The position numbers and the translations under genes are program-made. Positions 7,721 to 16,953 of a DNA stretch of 50,665 nucleotides are shown piece by piece. How positions within the stretch are numbered: position 1 is the stretch's first letter; the number at the start of each line of letters is the position of its first letter. Location of the stretch: NCBI GenBank assembly GCA_043812975.1, contig JBDRLP010000044.1, forward strand, positions 1 through 50,665. The letters are read 5' to 3'. This DNA comes from Candidatus Iainarchaeum sp. (GTDB taxonomy: Archaea; Iainarchaeota; Iainarchaeia; Iainarchaeales; Iainarchaeaceae). The notes beneath the pieces are model-generated. The model did no database searches, was not told where the DNA came from, and saw only the letters and a program-made list of their open reading frames with translations.

Positions 7721-9133
7721 ATGAGTGAACTCTGGACTGAAAAATTTAACCCAAAAACAATTGATACTTTTATCGGTAACTCGGATATTGTTGCGAATTC
7801 GGTTGAATGGGTGAAAAAGTGGCAGAATAATGAAAATCAGCCTCCTTTGCTTTTATGGGGTCAGACCGGTTCAGGGAAAACAGCCCTTGCTTATTTATTG
7901 GCAAAACAATTTAAGTGGAATGTTGTTGAACTAAATAATTCTGATCTTCGTTCCAAGGAGGTCATTGAAAGAGTTGTGGGAGCAGCTGCTCATAACGCTT
8001 CTTTTTTTGGCTCAAGAAGAATGATTCTGATTGATGAGGTTGATGCTTTAACAAGAACTGACCGAGGGGGAGCTTCAGCAATCGTATCTATAATTAAAAC
8101 TGCTAAAAATCCGATAGTGTTAACTGCGAATGATATTTTTTCCAATAAAAATATTTCTGCTTTAAGGTTTGTCTGCAAAGCATTTGAGTTTAAGAAAATA
8201 AATTATCTTTCGATGGCGAAAAGATTAAGAGAAATTCTTACTGAAGAAGATATTTCTTTTGATGAAGAAGCTATAAAAGAACTTGCAAAAAATGCCAACG
8301 GGGATATGCGTTCTGCTTTATTAGATATCCAGATTCTGGCTTTGGAAAAAAATATTTCAATGGAAGATGTTAACTCTTTAGGTTCAAGAGAAAGACAGCA
8401 GAAAGTATTCAGTGTTATGAAAGCAATTTTTAAGGGAACTGATTTTTCTGAAATAAGACAATCCAGAACAAAAACAGATCTTAGTAATGATATGCTTTTT
8501 CGCTGGGTAGAAGAAAATATTCCGCGACAGTATAAGAACAATGATGCAGTTGCATTAGCATTCAATCGCCTTTCAAGGGCTGATGTTTTCAATGGTCGAA
8601 TCTTTAACAGACAGCATTGGGGTTTTTTGAGGTATAGTTCTGCTCTTGCTTCTGAAGGCGTTGCTCTTGCAAAGAAAGAAGTTTCTTATGATTTTGTTGC
8701 TTATCAGTTTCCTGGTTTACTTTCAATGCTTTCCAGAACTTCAGGAATAAGAAATCTGAAAAAAAGTTTAGGAAAAAAAATCGGTTCGAAAACACATTCT
8801 TCTTCCAGATCAGTTATTTCAAAAGATCTTCCTTTTTTGCAGATGATTTTCCAAAACAGGGAAAAAGCAGTTAGTTTAACTGCGTTGTTTGAATTAGATG
8901 AAAAAGAAGTTGCATTTTTGTTAAACACAAAACCTGATACTAAAAAAGTGAAAACAATTATGAGTGATGCTCAGGAAATTAAGGAAGAATCAGCTAAACC
9001 TAAAAGATTTTTTAACCAGCCTGTTATTGAAACACAGGTTCCTGATTTGAATATTGAACAAGAAATAAAACCTGAATTAGAAGAAGAACCTAAAGAAGAC
9101 GAACCCGGTGCAAAACAAACAACTTTATTCTAA
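7721..9133 (+). CDS. rfcL: Replication factor C large subunit
   Basis: WTEKFNP, GQTGSGKT, ELNNSDLR, LIDEVD, GDMRSA; C-terminal PIP box QTTLF. Confidence 0.95.
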   Translation: MSELWTEKFNPKTIDTFIGNSDIVANSVEWVKKWQNNENQPPLLLWGQTGSGKTALAYLLAKQFKWNVVELNNSDLRSKEVIERVVGAAAHNASFFGSRRMILIDEVDALTRTDRGGASAIVSIIKTAKNPIVLTANDIFSNKNISALRFVCKAFEFKKINYLSMAKRLREILTEEDISFDEEAIKELAKNANGDMRSALLDIQILALEKNISMEDVNSLGSRERQQKVFSVMKAIFKGTDFSEIRQSRTKTDLSNDMLFRWVEENIPRQYKNNDAVALAFNRLSRADVFNGRIFNRQHWGFLRYSSALASEGVALAKKEVSYDFVAYQFPGLLSMLSRTSGIRNLKKSLGKKIGSKTHSSSRSVISKDLPFLQMIFQNREKAVSLTALFELDEKEVAFLLNTKPDTKKVKTIMSDAQEIKEESAKPKRFFNQPVIETQVPDLNIEQEIKPELEEEPKEDEPGAKQTTLF

Positions 9134-10776
9134 CGAACTAACTCTAATTCTATTACTATTGTTTTGGTATCCAGACCAAAGTTGCTTAATGTTTGTTTAT
9201 TCATTTCTCCAATAAAACCTTTTCCGTTGTCGCTTTTTATTTCCCCGCTTTTTCCTTTCTCCAAAAATGCAAGTTGTGTTTCTTTGAGGGAGTATTTAAT
9301 TCCAAGATTATTGCATACTGCTTCCAGAATAGATTTTGCAAGTGTAAAGTTTGCACGGGGATCAGAAACAACTATTCCTAAATTATAGCTCTGATCAACT
9401 CCTTCTTCTTTTGTTGCATCAATAGCAAGAGTAGTTCCGATTTCAAATATTCGTTGAGGGTATTCTGCGTGTTTGTTTTTTGATAAAAAGTCAAGCAGTT
9501 CAGGCACTAGTTTTTTCCTCATTACTTCCCAATTACTGGAAACAGGGTTAGATATTTCAACTAAATCTTCTTTTGAAAGAATTTTTCTGATTTGTTTTTC
9601 TTTTGATGTTAAATTGAATGTAAGCACTTCCTGCAAACCAAGTCCCACACAAACATCCCTTGCTTTATCAAGGTAAACTCTTTGCGGAAGTTCTTCTCCT
9701 ACAACATTCAGCTCAATTTTTTTAGGCTTGATATTATTGTAACCATAACCAATGATGATGTCTTCCACAACATCTATTGGATGAATAATATCTTTTCTGT
9801 AAGAAGGATATTCGACTTCTAGTTTTTCCTTTTTAATTTTAACATTATACCTTGCTTTTTCCAAAAGCGAAATTATCTGTTTATCTGTAAGATCTAAATC
9901 TGAAATTTTTCTCACATAATCTGGGTCAAGAATAATTTTTTCTGTGCTGAAATCAGGAGTAACAATTTTTTTACCATCTGAATCCAGAATAGTTACGCTT
10001 TCGATTTTTCCGCCTCTGTCCGCCAGAGCCATTACTATTACTTGTAGCCCTACAAGTATTGTTTCAATCTGAAAACCGCTAACTTCTATGAATAAATTTT
10101 TTGTATTCTCGGTTACTTTTCCTGAATAATCAGAATTAATTACAGGAGGCATTGAGAGAACATTTCCTTCAGAGTCCTCAAAAATAGGGTAAACCTTTTT
10201 CCCTTTCAATAAATGAGCATATTCTTTTCCTTTGGGGTGTGTTTCTAGTATTTCATCCAAATCCATTTCAACTTTATATTCAAGAGGGATGAATTTTTTC
10301 TTTCGGGGGTCAGCACCATAGTATCTTATGTTTCCTTTGATTTTATCATAATCATAAATTCCTGTTGCTGATTCTTTTCTTTTTCTTCCGTGAGTTCCGT
10401 CAACTTTTTCCTGTAATTGCACTAATTGTTTGATTAATTCATCAGTGATTTTTATTCCCTTAACAACTGCGGCAACTGTATAAGGCCTTATTTCTTTCAC
10501 ACTTTTTTCAATAGAAACAACAAGGTTTGACTTTCCAACTTTAAACTTTGGAACCCCTTTCTCCAGACCAATTCTCGCTCTTATTTCCCGCGCTATTCCT
10601 TCAGCACTCCAAAGATCCGGCCTGTTGGTTTCCTTAACATCAATTGTAAGTACATCTCCTTCAACATTATCAAGTTCTCCCTTGATGAACATTAATGCTT
10701 CATCTAACTCAGGCCTGCTGAACTTTTTTCCAATAAGTTTTTCCAAATCCTTTTTGCTTGCTTCTATTGTTGGCAT
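9130..10776 (-). CDS. pheT: Phenylalanine--tRNA ligase beta subunit
   Basis: NRPDLWSAEGIAR, LSMPPVINS, YRKDIIHPIDVVEDI; archaeal length. Confidence 0.96.
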   Translation of the reverse strand: MPTIEASKKDLEKLIGKKFSRPELDEALMFIKGELDNVEGDVLTIDVKETNRPDLWSAEGIAREIRARIGLEKGVPKFKVGKSNLVVSIEKSVKEIRPYTVAAVVKGIKITDELIKQLVQLQEKVDGTHGRKRKESATGIYDYDKIKGNIRYYGADPRKKKFIPLEYKVEMDLDEILETHPKGKEYAHLLKGKKVYPIFEDSEGNVLSMPPVINSDYSGKVTENTKNLFIEVSGFQIETILVGLQVIVMALADRGGKIESVTILDSDGKKIVTPDFSTEKIILDPDYVRKISDLDLTDKQIISLLEKARYNVKIKKEKLEVEYPSYRKDIIHPIDVVEDIIIGYGYNNIKPKKIELNVVGEELPQRVYLDKARDVCVGLGLQEVLTFNLTSKEKQIRKILSKEDLVEISNPVSSNWEVMRKKLVPELLDFLSKNKHAEYPQRIFEIGTTLAIDATKEEGVDQSYNLGIVVSDPRANFTLAKSILEAVCNNLGIKYSLKETQLAFLEKGKSGEIKSDNGKGFIGEMNKQTLSNFGLDTKTIVIELELVR

Positions 10777-11069
10777 TATTTTTCACTCCTTTGAGAGAAA
10801 GCTTTTTTTGAATGCGCTACAAGGGTTTCTTTTATTTTTTCCCAACCTTTCATAATATGGGAAACATCTCCAGCTTCTTTTTTTAACCTAATTACTTCTC
10901 GACTATCCTTTTTCATTTCTGCCTGTTGGATTTGTCTGTTGAGTTCTACTCTATTCCTGCTAAGATCTGTTAGTTCAGCGTTTACTTTGGAAATCCGTTC
11001 CTCAGTTTCTTTAATGCTTGTTGGTAAAGGAGTATGTCTTCTCAAACCCACAGTATTTTTTCTAATCAT
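10776..11069 (-). CDS. Hypothetical basic coiled-coil protein
   Basis: 97-aa ORF joined to pheS and pheT by 1-nt TAATG overlaps. Confidence 0.7.
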   Translation of the reverse strand: MIRKNTVGLRRHTPLPTSIKETEERISKVNAELTDLSRNRVELNRQIQQAEMKKDSREVIRLKKEAGDVSHIMKGWEKIKETLVAHSKKAFSQRSEK

Positions 11070-12511
11070 TAATCAATCACCATTTTACTTTTCCTTAACC
11101 AAGCCAAATCATCTGAGAAAAGATGCCTAATATCCTTGATTCCAAGTTTGAACATTGCTAATCTGTCAACACCCATGCCCCAGGCTAATACTGGTTCTTT
11201 GATTCCTAAAGATTCTGTTATTTCCGGTCTGAAGATTCCTGCGCCTGCAAATTCAACCCACCCTAAATCAGGGTGTTTTGCGGAAAGCTGAACGCTTGGT
11301 TCTGTAAAAGGATAATAATCCGGAAAAAATTTGACATCTGTTGCTCCGGCAATTTCAATTGCAAAATCCTTCAAGACTCCAAGAAGGCTCCTAAAACTTA
11401 ATCCTTCTCCGACAATAAAACCATCTAATTGGTTGAATTCAATTAAGTGTGTTGCATCCAAAACATCAGGTCTGAAGCATCTATTAATCACAAAATATTT
11501 TCTCGGGTATTCAACTCCTTCAATCATTTGCCTTGCATCAGCTGCTGTTCCGTGAGCTGTTGGCATTAGCTTTGCTGCAATTTCTGGATTCCAGTTGTAA
11601 CCCCAGCCTTTTGAAATTGTTTTTCCGCCATGTTCGTGAGCATGCTTTATCGCGTTTACTTTCTCCTGTTTTGGAAGCTTTCCAATTTTAGGATTTTTCA
11701 ACTGGTAAGTATCAGTCCATGTTCTTGCGGGATGATTTTGTGGCTGGAAAAGAACATCAAAATTGTAAAATTCCTGATTCACAAGTCTTTCAGGCATTTC
11801 TTTAAATCCAAGAGCAACTAATTTTTTTCTTATATTGTTCAAAAATTGAATATAAGGCTGCTTTTTTCCGATAAATAATTCAGGAACTTTTTCATGGATA
11901 TTGTAATTTCTTTCTTCTGAGAATTCTTTTGAACTAAGAGCAGAGCTTCCTTCTTTTGTAATTGAAATTTTCCTGATTATTTCTTCTTTTTCCTCAATCA
12001 ATCCTCTTGCTATTAACTCTTTGCTTATTTTTGAATCAGGAGTTTCTCCTTGTGAAATTTTTTCAAGTTCTTTTTTTTCTTCGTTTTCAAAACCTTTGCT
12101 TATTCCTGTTAATTCAAGCATTGGTTTTTCTTTTTTAGAAATAATAACAAAATTTTTCCTTTTGTTTAATCCAAGTGCAACATTAAATTCTTGTTGTGAC
12201 AAATTTGCTTTTTTCATTGCGTCATCAAAACTCATTCCTTCTTCTGAAAGAACATCAAGCATTTTTTGTTCAGGCAGACCATTCTCTAAAGCATTTTTTC
12301 CTTCTTTTGTTAAACCAGCTTTGATTGTTTTTATATGGGTTATTTTTGCAAATCCTTTTTCATTTAGCCAGTTAACCGCTCTTCTCACAGAATCAATATT
12401 GATATTGGCTTCTTTGCTTATTTCAGAAATCTCTTTTTCCTTTTGCGACAGCACTTTAAGACATTTTTTTTCAATATCGCTTAATGACCGTATTTTGGCT
12501 TTTAGATCCAT
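11069..12511 (-). CDS. pheS: Phenylalanine--tRNA ligase alpha subunit
   Basis: NFDVLFQPQNHPAR, FRPDVLDATHLIEF, YPFTEPS, WGMGVDRLAM. Confidence 0.96.
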   Translation of the reverse strand: MDLKAKIRSLSDIEKKCLKVLSQKEKEISEISKEANINIDSVRRAVNWLNEKGFAKITHIKTIKAGLTKEGKNALENGLPEQKMLDVLSEEGMSFDDAMKKANLSQQEFNVALGLNKRKNFVIISKKEKPMLELTGISKGFENEEKKELEKISQGETPDSKISKELIARGLIEEKEEIIRKISITKEGSSALSSKEFSEERNYNIHEKVPELFIGKKQPYIQFLNNIRKKLVALGFKEMPERLVNQEFYNFDVLFQPQNHPARTWTDTYQLKNPKIGKLPKQEKVNAIKHAHEHGGKTISKGWGYNWNPEIAAKLMPTAHGTAADARQMIEGVEYPRKYFVINRCFRPDVLDATHLIEFNQLDGFIVGEGLSFRSLLGVLKDFAIEIAGATDVKFFPDYYPFTEPSVQLSAKHPDLGWVEFAGAGIFRPEITESLGIKEPVLAWGMGVDRLAMFKLGIKDIRHLFSDDLAWLRKSKMVID

Positions 12512-12586
12512 TGTACCACAGCACTATAATATATCATTAGTATTAAAAGTATTGGATAGTAAACCTATTTAGGAGTTGTTTTTGGC

Positions 12587-12988
12587 ATGATTTATATTTT
12601 AGATTCTCCCGCACTTTTTAATGATGAGAATTTTTCTTTTGAAAAAGAAAACAAGTATTTCATTACTTCTTTGGTTTTTGATGAGTTAAAGGATTTCAGA
12701 AGCAAATCTCTGGCAGAAAATGCTCAAAATCAGGAATTATTAATTATTCAGGATCCGTGTCCTTTGTCTATTCAGACTACTAATCAAAAATGCGCAGAAT
12801 CCGGGACTGAAATAAGTGATGCTGATATTTCTGTTATAGCTCTTGCTATTGAGTTCAGGGAAAGAAATGAAAAGTTTGTTGTTATTACTGACGATTATAG
12901 TGTGCAGAACATTCTGAAAAAACTTAAAATAAAATTCCGAGGAGTTATTCAGGGTGAAATAAAGAAGTACCGTTCTTTCAAAAATTAG
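12587..12988 (+). CDS. nob1: Nob1-like PIN ribonuclease (no zinc ribbon)
   Basis: YILDS, ISDADISVIALA and ITDDYSVQN motifs of the Nob1 PIN domain. Confidence 0.75.
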   Translation: MIYILDSPALFNDENFSFEKENKYFITSLVFDELKDFRSKSLAENAQNQELLIIQDPCPLSIQTTNQKCAESGTEISDADISVIALAIEFRERNEKFVVITDDYSVQNILKKLKIKFRGVIQGEIKKYRSFKN

Positions 12989-13770
12989 TCCAGTTCAATA
13001 TCGAGTTCTTCTTCTTTTCTTGTTTTTATTTCTGAGTGGTCAACTAAATATTTTTCAATTTTTTCTTCTAAATCATCTTTTTTAATGTAAGTTATTATCA
13101 GTAGCACAATCAATATTGGAACTAGTATTATATAAATTCCTGAAAGTCCTTGTATAAGTTCTCCGCTTGTTGGAGCTATTGGTTTTAGTACTCTGTACTC
13201 GATTGCTATTGAATTACTCTGAATCCCGCTTAGCAGAATTGTGTTTCCTGAGACAACAACTTTGTCAGGAAGTTTTGAAGTATCAATTTCAGAGTTTTGA
13301 GGAATGTTTATTCTGATTGTGTTATTTTCAGGAATAACTATTGTGCTTGTTTCCAGAAAGGTTGACAATTGTTTATCATCTATTATAAAAAAATCAGATC
13401 TTTGTTCTTCTGATGCTAAAGTTGCAAACCTTTCGCGTAAACTATATTCAAATGTTAATCTGTTTGCTTCATTGCTATATCCAATTTTTATTGGAGGGGT
13501 AGGACTTATTTCAGTAATGGTTTTTGCAAACCTAGGGTAAAAAAACTCGTAGTCTGCCTGCCATGCTTGTAAGCTTGAAGAGTTTTCAATTGTCTGATTA
13601 ACAAATTCCGCTTCCTCAAATGGACTGATGAACTGAAGGTCATAGTTTTCCACTATGTTTGCAAATCCTTCGTTATCAACGCTAATATCTATTGTTAAGT
13701 GATTTATTTCAATTGCGTTAACACTCATAGAAAGAAAAAATAAAGCTATGATTAAAATAATTTTTTTCAT
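12985..13770 (-). CDS. Exported protein with signal peptide and C-terminal TM anchor
   Basis: MKKIILIIALFFLSMSVNA signal peptide, beta-rich body, TM helix, acidic tail. Confidence 0.75.
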   Translation of the reverse strand: MKKIILIIALFFLSMSVNAIEINHLTIDISVDNEGFANIVENYDLQFISPFEEAEFVNQTIENSSSLQAWQADYEFFYPRFAKTITEISPTPPIKIGYSNEANRLTFEYSLRERFATLASEEQRSDFFIIDDKQLSTFLETSTIVIPENNTIRINIPQNSEIDTSKLPDKVVVSGNTILLSGIQSNSIAIEYRVLKPIAPTSGELIQGLSGIYIILVPILIVLLIITYIKKDDLEEKIEKYLVDHSEIKTRKEEELDIELD

Positions 13771-13917
13771 GATTCATATATATTGTTTAATTCTTAAATA
13801 AACTTTTTCTTTGTAAGTTTTTTGCCTAATTTCAAGTTTTTACTTTGCTTGTGTTAATAAGTGAAATCAACAGGATGGTTTAATATACTCCGTTCACTTT
13901 TCTCTTGTAGTGGTCTG

Positions 13918-14601
13918 ATGAAACTCCAATATTTGTGGCATTCTTTTTTTAAAATTTCTTTTGCAGGGGTTAATATCTTGGTTGATCCTTTTGTCAGTGT
14001 TCCTCCGGAAGGAACTTTTCAACTGAACATGAAATGTCCTGTTAATGTTAAAAAATTAAAAAATATAGGATTAATCTTTATAAGCAATGAACACTTTGAT
14101 CATTTTGATAAAGAAGTTGTTGAAATAATAGCAAATAGAGATCATGCTTCGGTTATTGGTCATGAATCTATCTTGAACGATTTGAATATTCCTCCTAGTT
14201 TAAAGAACAATGTGAAAGTTGGTGATAAATTAAGTTTACGCGGCGTGGATATTGAAGTAAGAAGTGCACATTACCCTAATTCATTTTATCCTTTGAGTTT
14301 TTGTTTTACCAAAGACAAGGAAAAAATTTTCTTTGCAGGAAACACAGCTCTGACTGATTCATTTAATGATATCGATTGTGATGTTGCAATAGTTCCTATT
14401 GGAGGTTCTTCCACGATGGATGTTATTGATGCGGTTCGCGCTACTAAAACAATGAAACCTAAATATGCTATTCCAATGCATTACAATTCTTTTGATTCAA
14501 TAATTGCCGACCCTGAAGAATTCAAATCAAGAATTGACAAAAGCATTCTCAAAACAATTCCTATTATTCTGAAACCGGGTCAATCATTCAAGACACCGTA
14601 A
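13918..14601 (+). CDS. Metallo-beta-lactamase-fold hydrolase (UPF0173-like)
   Basis: WHSFFKI, ILVDPF, NEHFDH, VPIGG, IPMHY; ATG 13918. Confidence 0.85.
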   Translation: MKLQYLWHSFFKISFAGVNILVDPFVSVPPEGTFQLNMKCPVNVKKLKNIGLIFISNEHFDHFDKEVVEIIANRDHASVIGHESILNDLNIPPSLKNNVKVGDKLSLRGVDIEVRSAHYPNSFYPLSFCFTKDKEKIFFAGNTALTDSFNDIDCDVAIVPIGGSSTMDVIDAVRATKTMKPKYAIPMHYNSFDSIIADPEEFKSRIDKSILKTIPIILKPGQSFKTP

Positions 14602-14652
14602 AGTACAAATTAGACTAATAAATTCGTTCGCAAATTCACATTGGAAACAATC

Positions 14653-14708
14653 CATTCCACCGTTGCGTCGGTGGAGTGCGCATACGTCCAACCCATCTGC
14701 GATGGGTT
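14653..14708. repeat. REP-like double-hairpin element, copy B
   Basis: CATTCCACCG-ttgcgt-CGGTGGAGTG, then AACCCATC-tgc-GATGGGTT; between convergent genes. Confidence 0.7.
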
Positions 14709-14716
14709 ATAAATAT

Positions 14717-15439
14717 TCACATAGGGAATAGTTCATCAAGAATTAGATCGGCTTCTTCCAAATCTTCTCTTGAAGCAACATCAACACACATTCCCTGACA
14801 TGCTCTGTATTCAACATTCTTTCCTTTTTTCATGTAAATTTTAATAGAATCAACTAATTCATATTCGTTTCTTTCTGACATTGGTGTTTCTCTTATTGAT
14901 TCAAAAAAATCTTTTGAAAAACGATAAATTCCTGCGTTAATTAAATTGCTTGGTTCTTCTCCCATTTGAGGTTTTTCAATAATATCAATAACTTTTTTTC
15001 CTTCTGTTTTCAGAACTCCGTAACGCCAAGGGTTTTGTACTTTTCTTGCTAAAAGAACCCCGTCTGCCAAATCAAACTCATCAGTCTTAGTAATGTTTTG
15101 ATAATTTTGTGAACCAACAATTACATCTGCGTTAGTAATCAAAAATTTTCCGTCAATATATTCTTCTGTAAGACTGACTGCGTGTGCTGTTCCTTTTGGT
15201 TCATTCTGAACAAAATAGTTTAGTTTCATTCCGTTAAATTCTGGGCCGAAGTGTTCCTCTATAACATCTTTTTTGTAACCAACAACCAAGTGAACTTCAT
15301 CAATTCCTGCTTTTTTCAAGTTAACAAGAACATGTTCAAGCATCGGCTTTCCTTTAAGCTCAGCCATGCACTTCGGTATCTCATCAGTAATAGGCCTTAA
15401 CCTGACTCCTTTTCCTGCTGCAATTACTACTGCTTTCAT
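14717..15439 (-). CDS. Sugar-phosphate nucleotidyltransferase (GlmU/RfbA-like NTP transferase domain)
   Basis: MKAVVIAAGKGVRLRPIT..PK, EPKGTAHA, IEKP, SERNEYEL; ATG 15439. Confidence 0.9.
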   Translation of the reverse strand: MKAVVIAAGKGVRLRPITDEIPKCMAELKGKPMLEHVLVNLKKAGIDEVHLVVGYKKDVIEEHFGPEFNGMKLNYFVQNEPKGTAHAVSLTEEYIDGKFLITNADVIVGSQNYQNITKTDEFDLADGVLLARKVQNPWRYGVLKTEGKKVIDIIEKPQMGEEPSNLINAGIYRFSKDFFESIRETPMSERNEYELVDSIKIYMKKGKNVEYRACQGMCVDVASREDLEEADLILDELFPM

Positions 15440-15476
15440 TGTTTTAGAATAAGGAATCAAAGAATATAAACATTGT

Positions 15477-15803
15477 TTACTTGAGGACAAAATTCAGAAT
15501 TATTAGTATAACTGTAATTAAGACAAATATCCCTACTACAATTGCGATTTTGTAGCCTGCAGCAACACGAGTAATGTTTGGGGTAGAGTGTATAATTTCT
15601 TCTGTTAAAGGCTCTTCTTTTATGTTTTTAATATCCTTTTTAGAAACTTCCAGCACAATCGGAAATGAATTTTTGCATCGGTTACATCTCCAATTGTCGC
15701 TTGAACCAAATCTTTCCAGAACCTTGTTTGAACTATCTGTGTGTATGTCTTTACTCTTGCAAATCGGGCATATATCAACATATCCTTTCTCAGCCATAAT
15801 CAA
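15477..15803 (-). CDS. C4 zinc-ribbon protein with C-terminal TM helix (paralog 1)
   Basis: CPICKS...CNRC, C-terminal hydrophobic helix. Confidence 0.75.
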   Translation of the reverse strand: MIMAEKGYVDICPICKSKDIHTDSSNKVLERFGSSDNWRCNRCKNSFPIVLEVSKKDIKNIKEEPLTEEIIHSTPNITRVAAGYKIAIVVGIFVLITVILIILNFVLK

Positions 15804-15864
15804 TATACATATTCAATATATTAAAAAGTTCCCATACTTGCATTAGCATTGGAATGAAAGGGAT

Positions 15865-16206
15865 TTAGATTGGTGTTGATAAATCAATTATGCCAAGCAT
15901 TCCCAATATCATCAATGCGAATGCTATTGCCAATACAATAAGCCCTATTTTTGCTAATGTTGGATAGAATATTTCATTCCTGGTTGGAAAAAGAGCAGTG
16001 GCTTCAAACCGTGGTTTTACTGTTATCTCTCCTGCAGCATATTTATCTTGAATTTCTTGCTGAACTTCTTTTGGAACTTCGATAAAGTGGTCAGTAAAAC
16101 CGCAGTCTCTACAAGTTGGAAAAATGGCTGCCACCCTACTTGACCGATAGTAAAAATCACCTGAACCACATCTTGGACAAACTTTGATTAACTTCTCTTC
16201 AACCAT
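15865..16206 (-). CDS. C4 zinc-ribbon protein with C-terminal TM helix (paralog 2)
   Basis: EKLIKVCPRCGS...CRDCGF, C-terminal hydrophobic helix. Confidence 0.75.
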   Translation of the reverse strand: MVEEKLIKVCPRCGSGDFYYRSSRVAAIFPTCRDCGFTDHFIEVPKEVQQEIQDKYAAGEITVKPRFEATALFPTRNEIFYPTLAKIGLIVLAIAFALMILGMLGIIDLSTPI

Positions 16207-16288
16207 TTAATCTACTAACAAGTAAAATGTATAAAAACAATTCTTTTCCAACAACTTTTCTAAAAGTGTCTCCCTTCAACAGATTCTG

Positions 16289-16313
16289 AGAATATATTTG
16301 TTGCTCTTGGAGG
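16289..16313. repeat. 25-bp direct repeat, left copy, flanking doc unit
   Basis: AGAATATATTTGTTGCTCTTGGAGG; 22/25 identical to 16892-16916. Confidence 0.8.
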
Positions 16314-16315
16314 CT

Positions 16316-16444
16316 TCACAGTTCGGCGAGCTGTTCGTAGAATGATTTGTACTTGATGAGGTCTTCTTCCACTATTTTTTTGATGTCCTTCCATTCAGCC
16401 ATGGTGATTGGCTCTCTTTTTCCCTTTACTTTGATTGTTTTCAT
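16316..16444 (-). CDS. 42-aa putative Doc antitoxin (below the ORF-track cutoff)
   Basis: MKTIKVKGKREPITMAEWKDIKKIVEEDLIKYKSFYEQLAEL; ATGA overlap with doc, GAGGGG SD; C-terminus resembles the Y..F..LA helix of Doc antidotes. Confidence 0.65.
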   Translation of the reverse strand: MKTIKVKGKREPITMAEWKDIKKIVEEDLIKYKSFYEQLAEL

Positions 16445-16806
16445 TTTTTGCCCCCTCTCGTATGGTTGGCCACCCATGTGGAAATTTCGTCAATGCTTGT
16501 TTTTGGTTTTACCGACCACACAACAACATTGAATCTAGCTGTTTCTCCAACTTCTAATTCTTTTCCGTTTAATTTTAAAAATGCGACCATTGCTTCGAAT
16601 GCTGTTCTTTTGTTTCCGTCCGCAAAAACATGCCTTCGTGCAATGTCCATTAGGATAGTTGCGGCTTTCCTGTCAATACCCCTCGTGTTTGCAACCTTAT
16701 AAACAATGTGCTCTAGTTCATCGCTCCTTATTATGCCTCTGTCAAATTTCTTGTTTATTTGTATAATTGCCTCTGAAGTGAGTGTTTTTGCATAAATACG
16801 AGTCAT
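16441..16806 (-). CDS. doc: Doc (death-on-curing) family Fic-fold toxin
   Basis: HVFADGNKRTA Doc-type motif; ATG 16806. Confidence 0.88.
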   Translation of the reverse strand: MTRIYAKTLTSEAIIQINKKFDRGIIRSDELEHIVYKVANTRGIDRKAATILMDIARRHVFADGNKRTAFEAMVAFLKLNGKELEVGETARFNVVVWSVKPKTSIDEISTWVANHTRGGKK

Positions 16807-16891
16807 GCCCAAATTCAGTAAATTACATAATTTAAACATATTGTTTGGTTCATATCCTGCCTGTATTTCATGAAGAATTCAATGTAATGAA

Positions 16892-16916
16892 AGAATATAT
16901 TTGTTGGTGTTGAAGG
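16892..16916. repeat. 25-bp direct repeat, right copy, flanking doc unit
   Basis: AGAATATATTTGTTGGTGTTGAAGG. Confidence 0.8.
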
Positions 16917-16953
16917 GAATAGAAAATAGAATTAGTTTTGTTTAGTTTTTTGA

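Noticed and set aside
12021-12572. 183-aa + strand ORF and the many other antisense ORFs in the track
   Set aside because: They are shadows of well-supported genes on the opposite strand (F/S/I/L-rich mirror of K/E-rich coding) with no motifs
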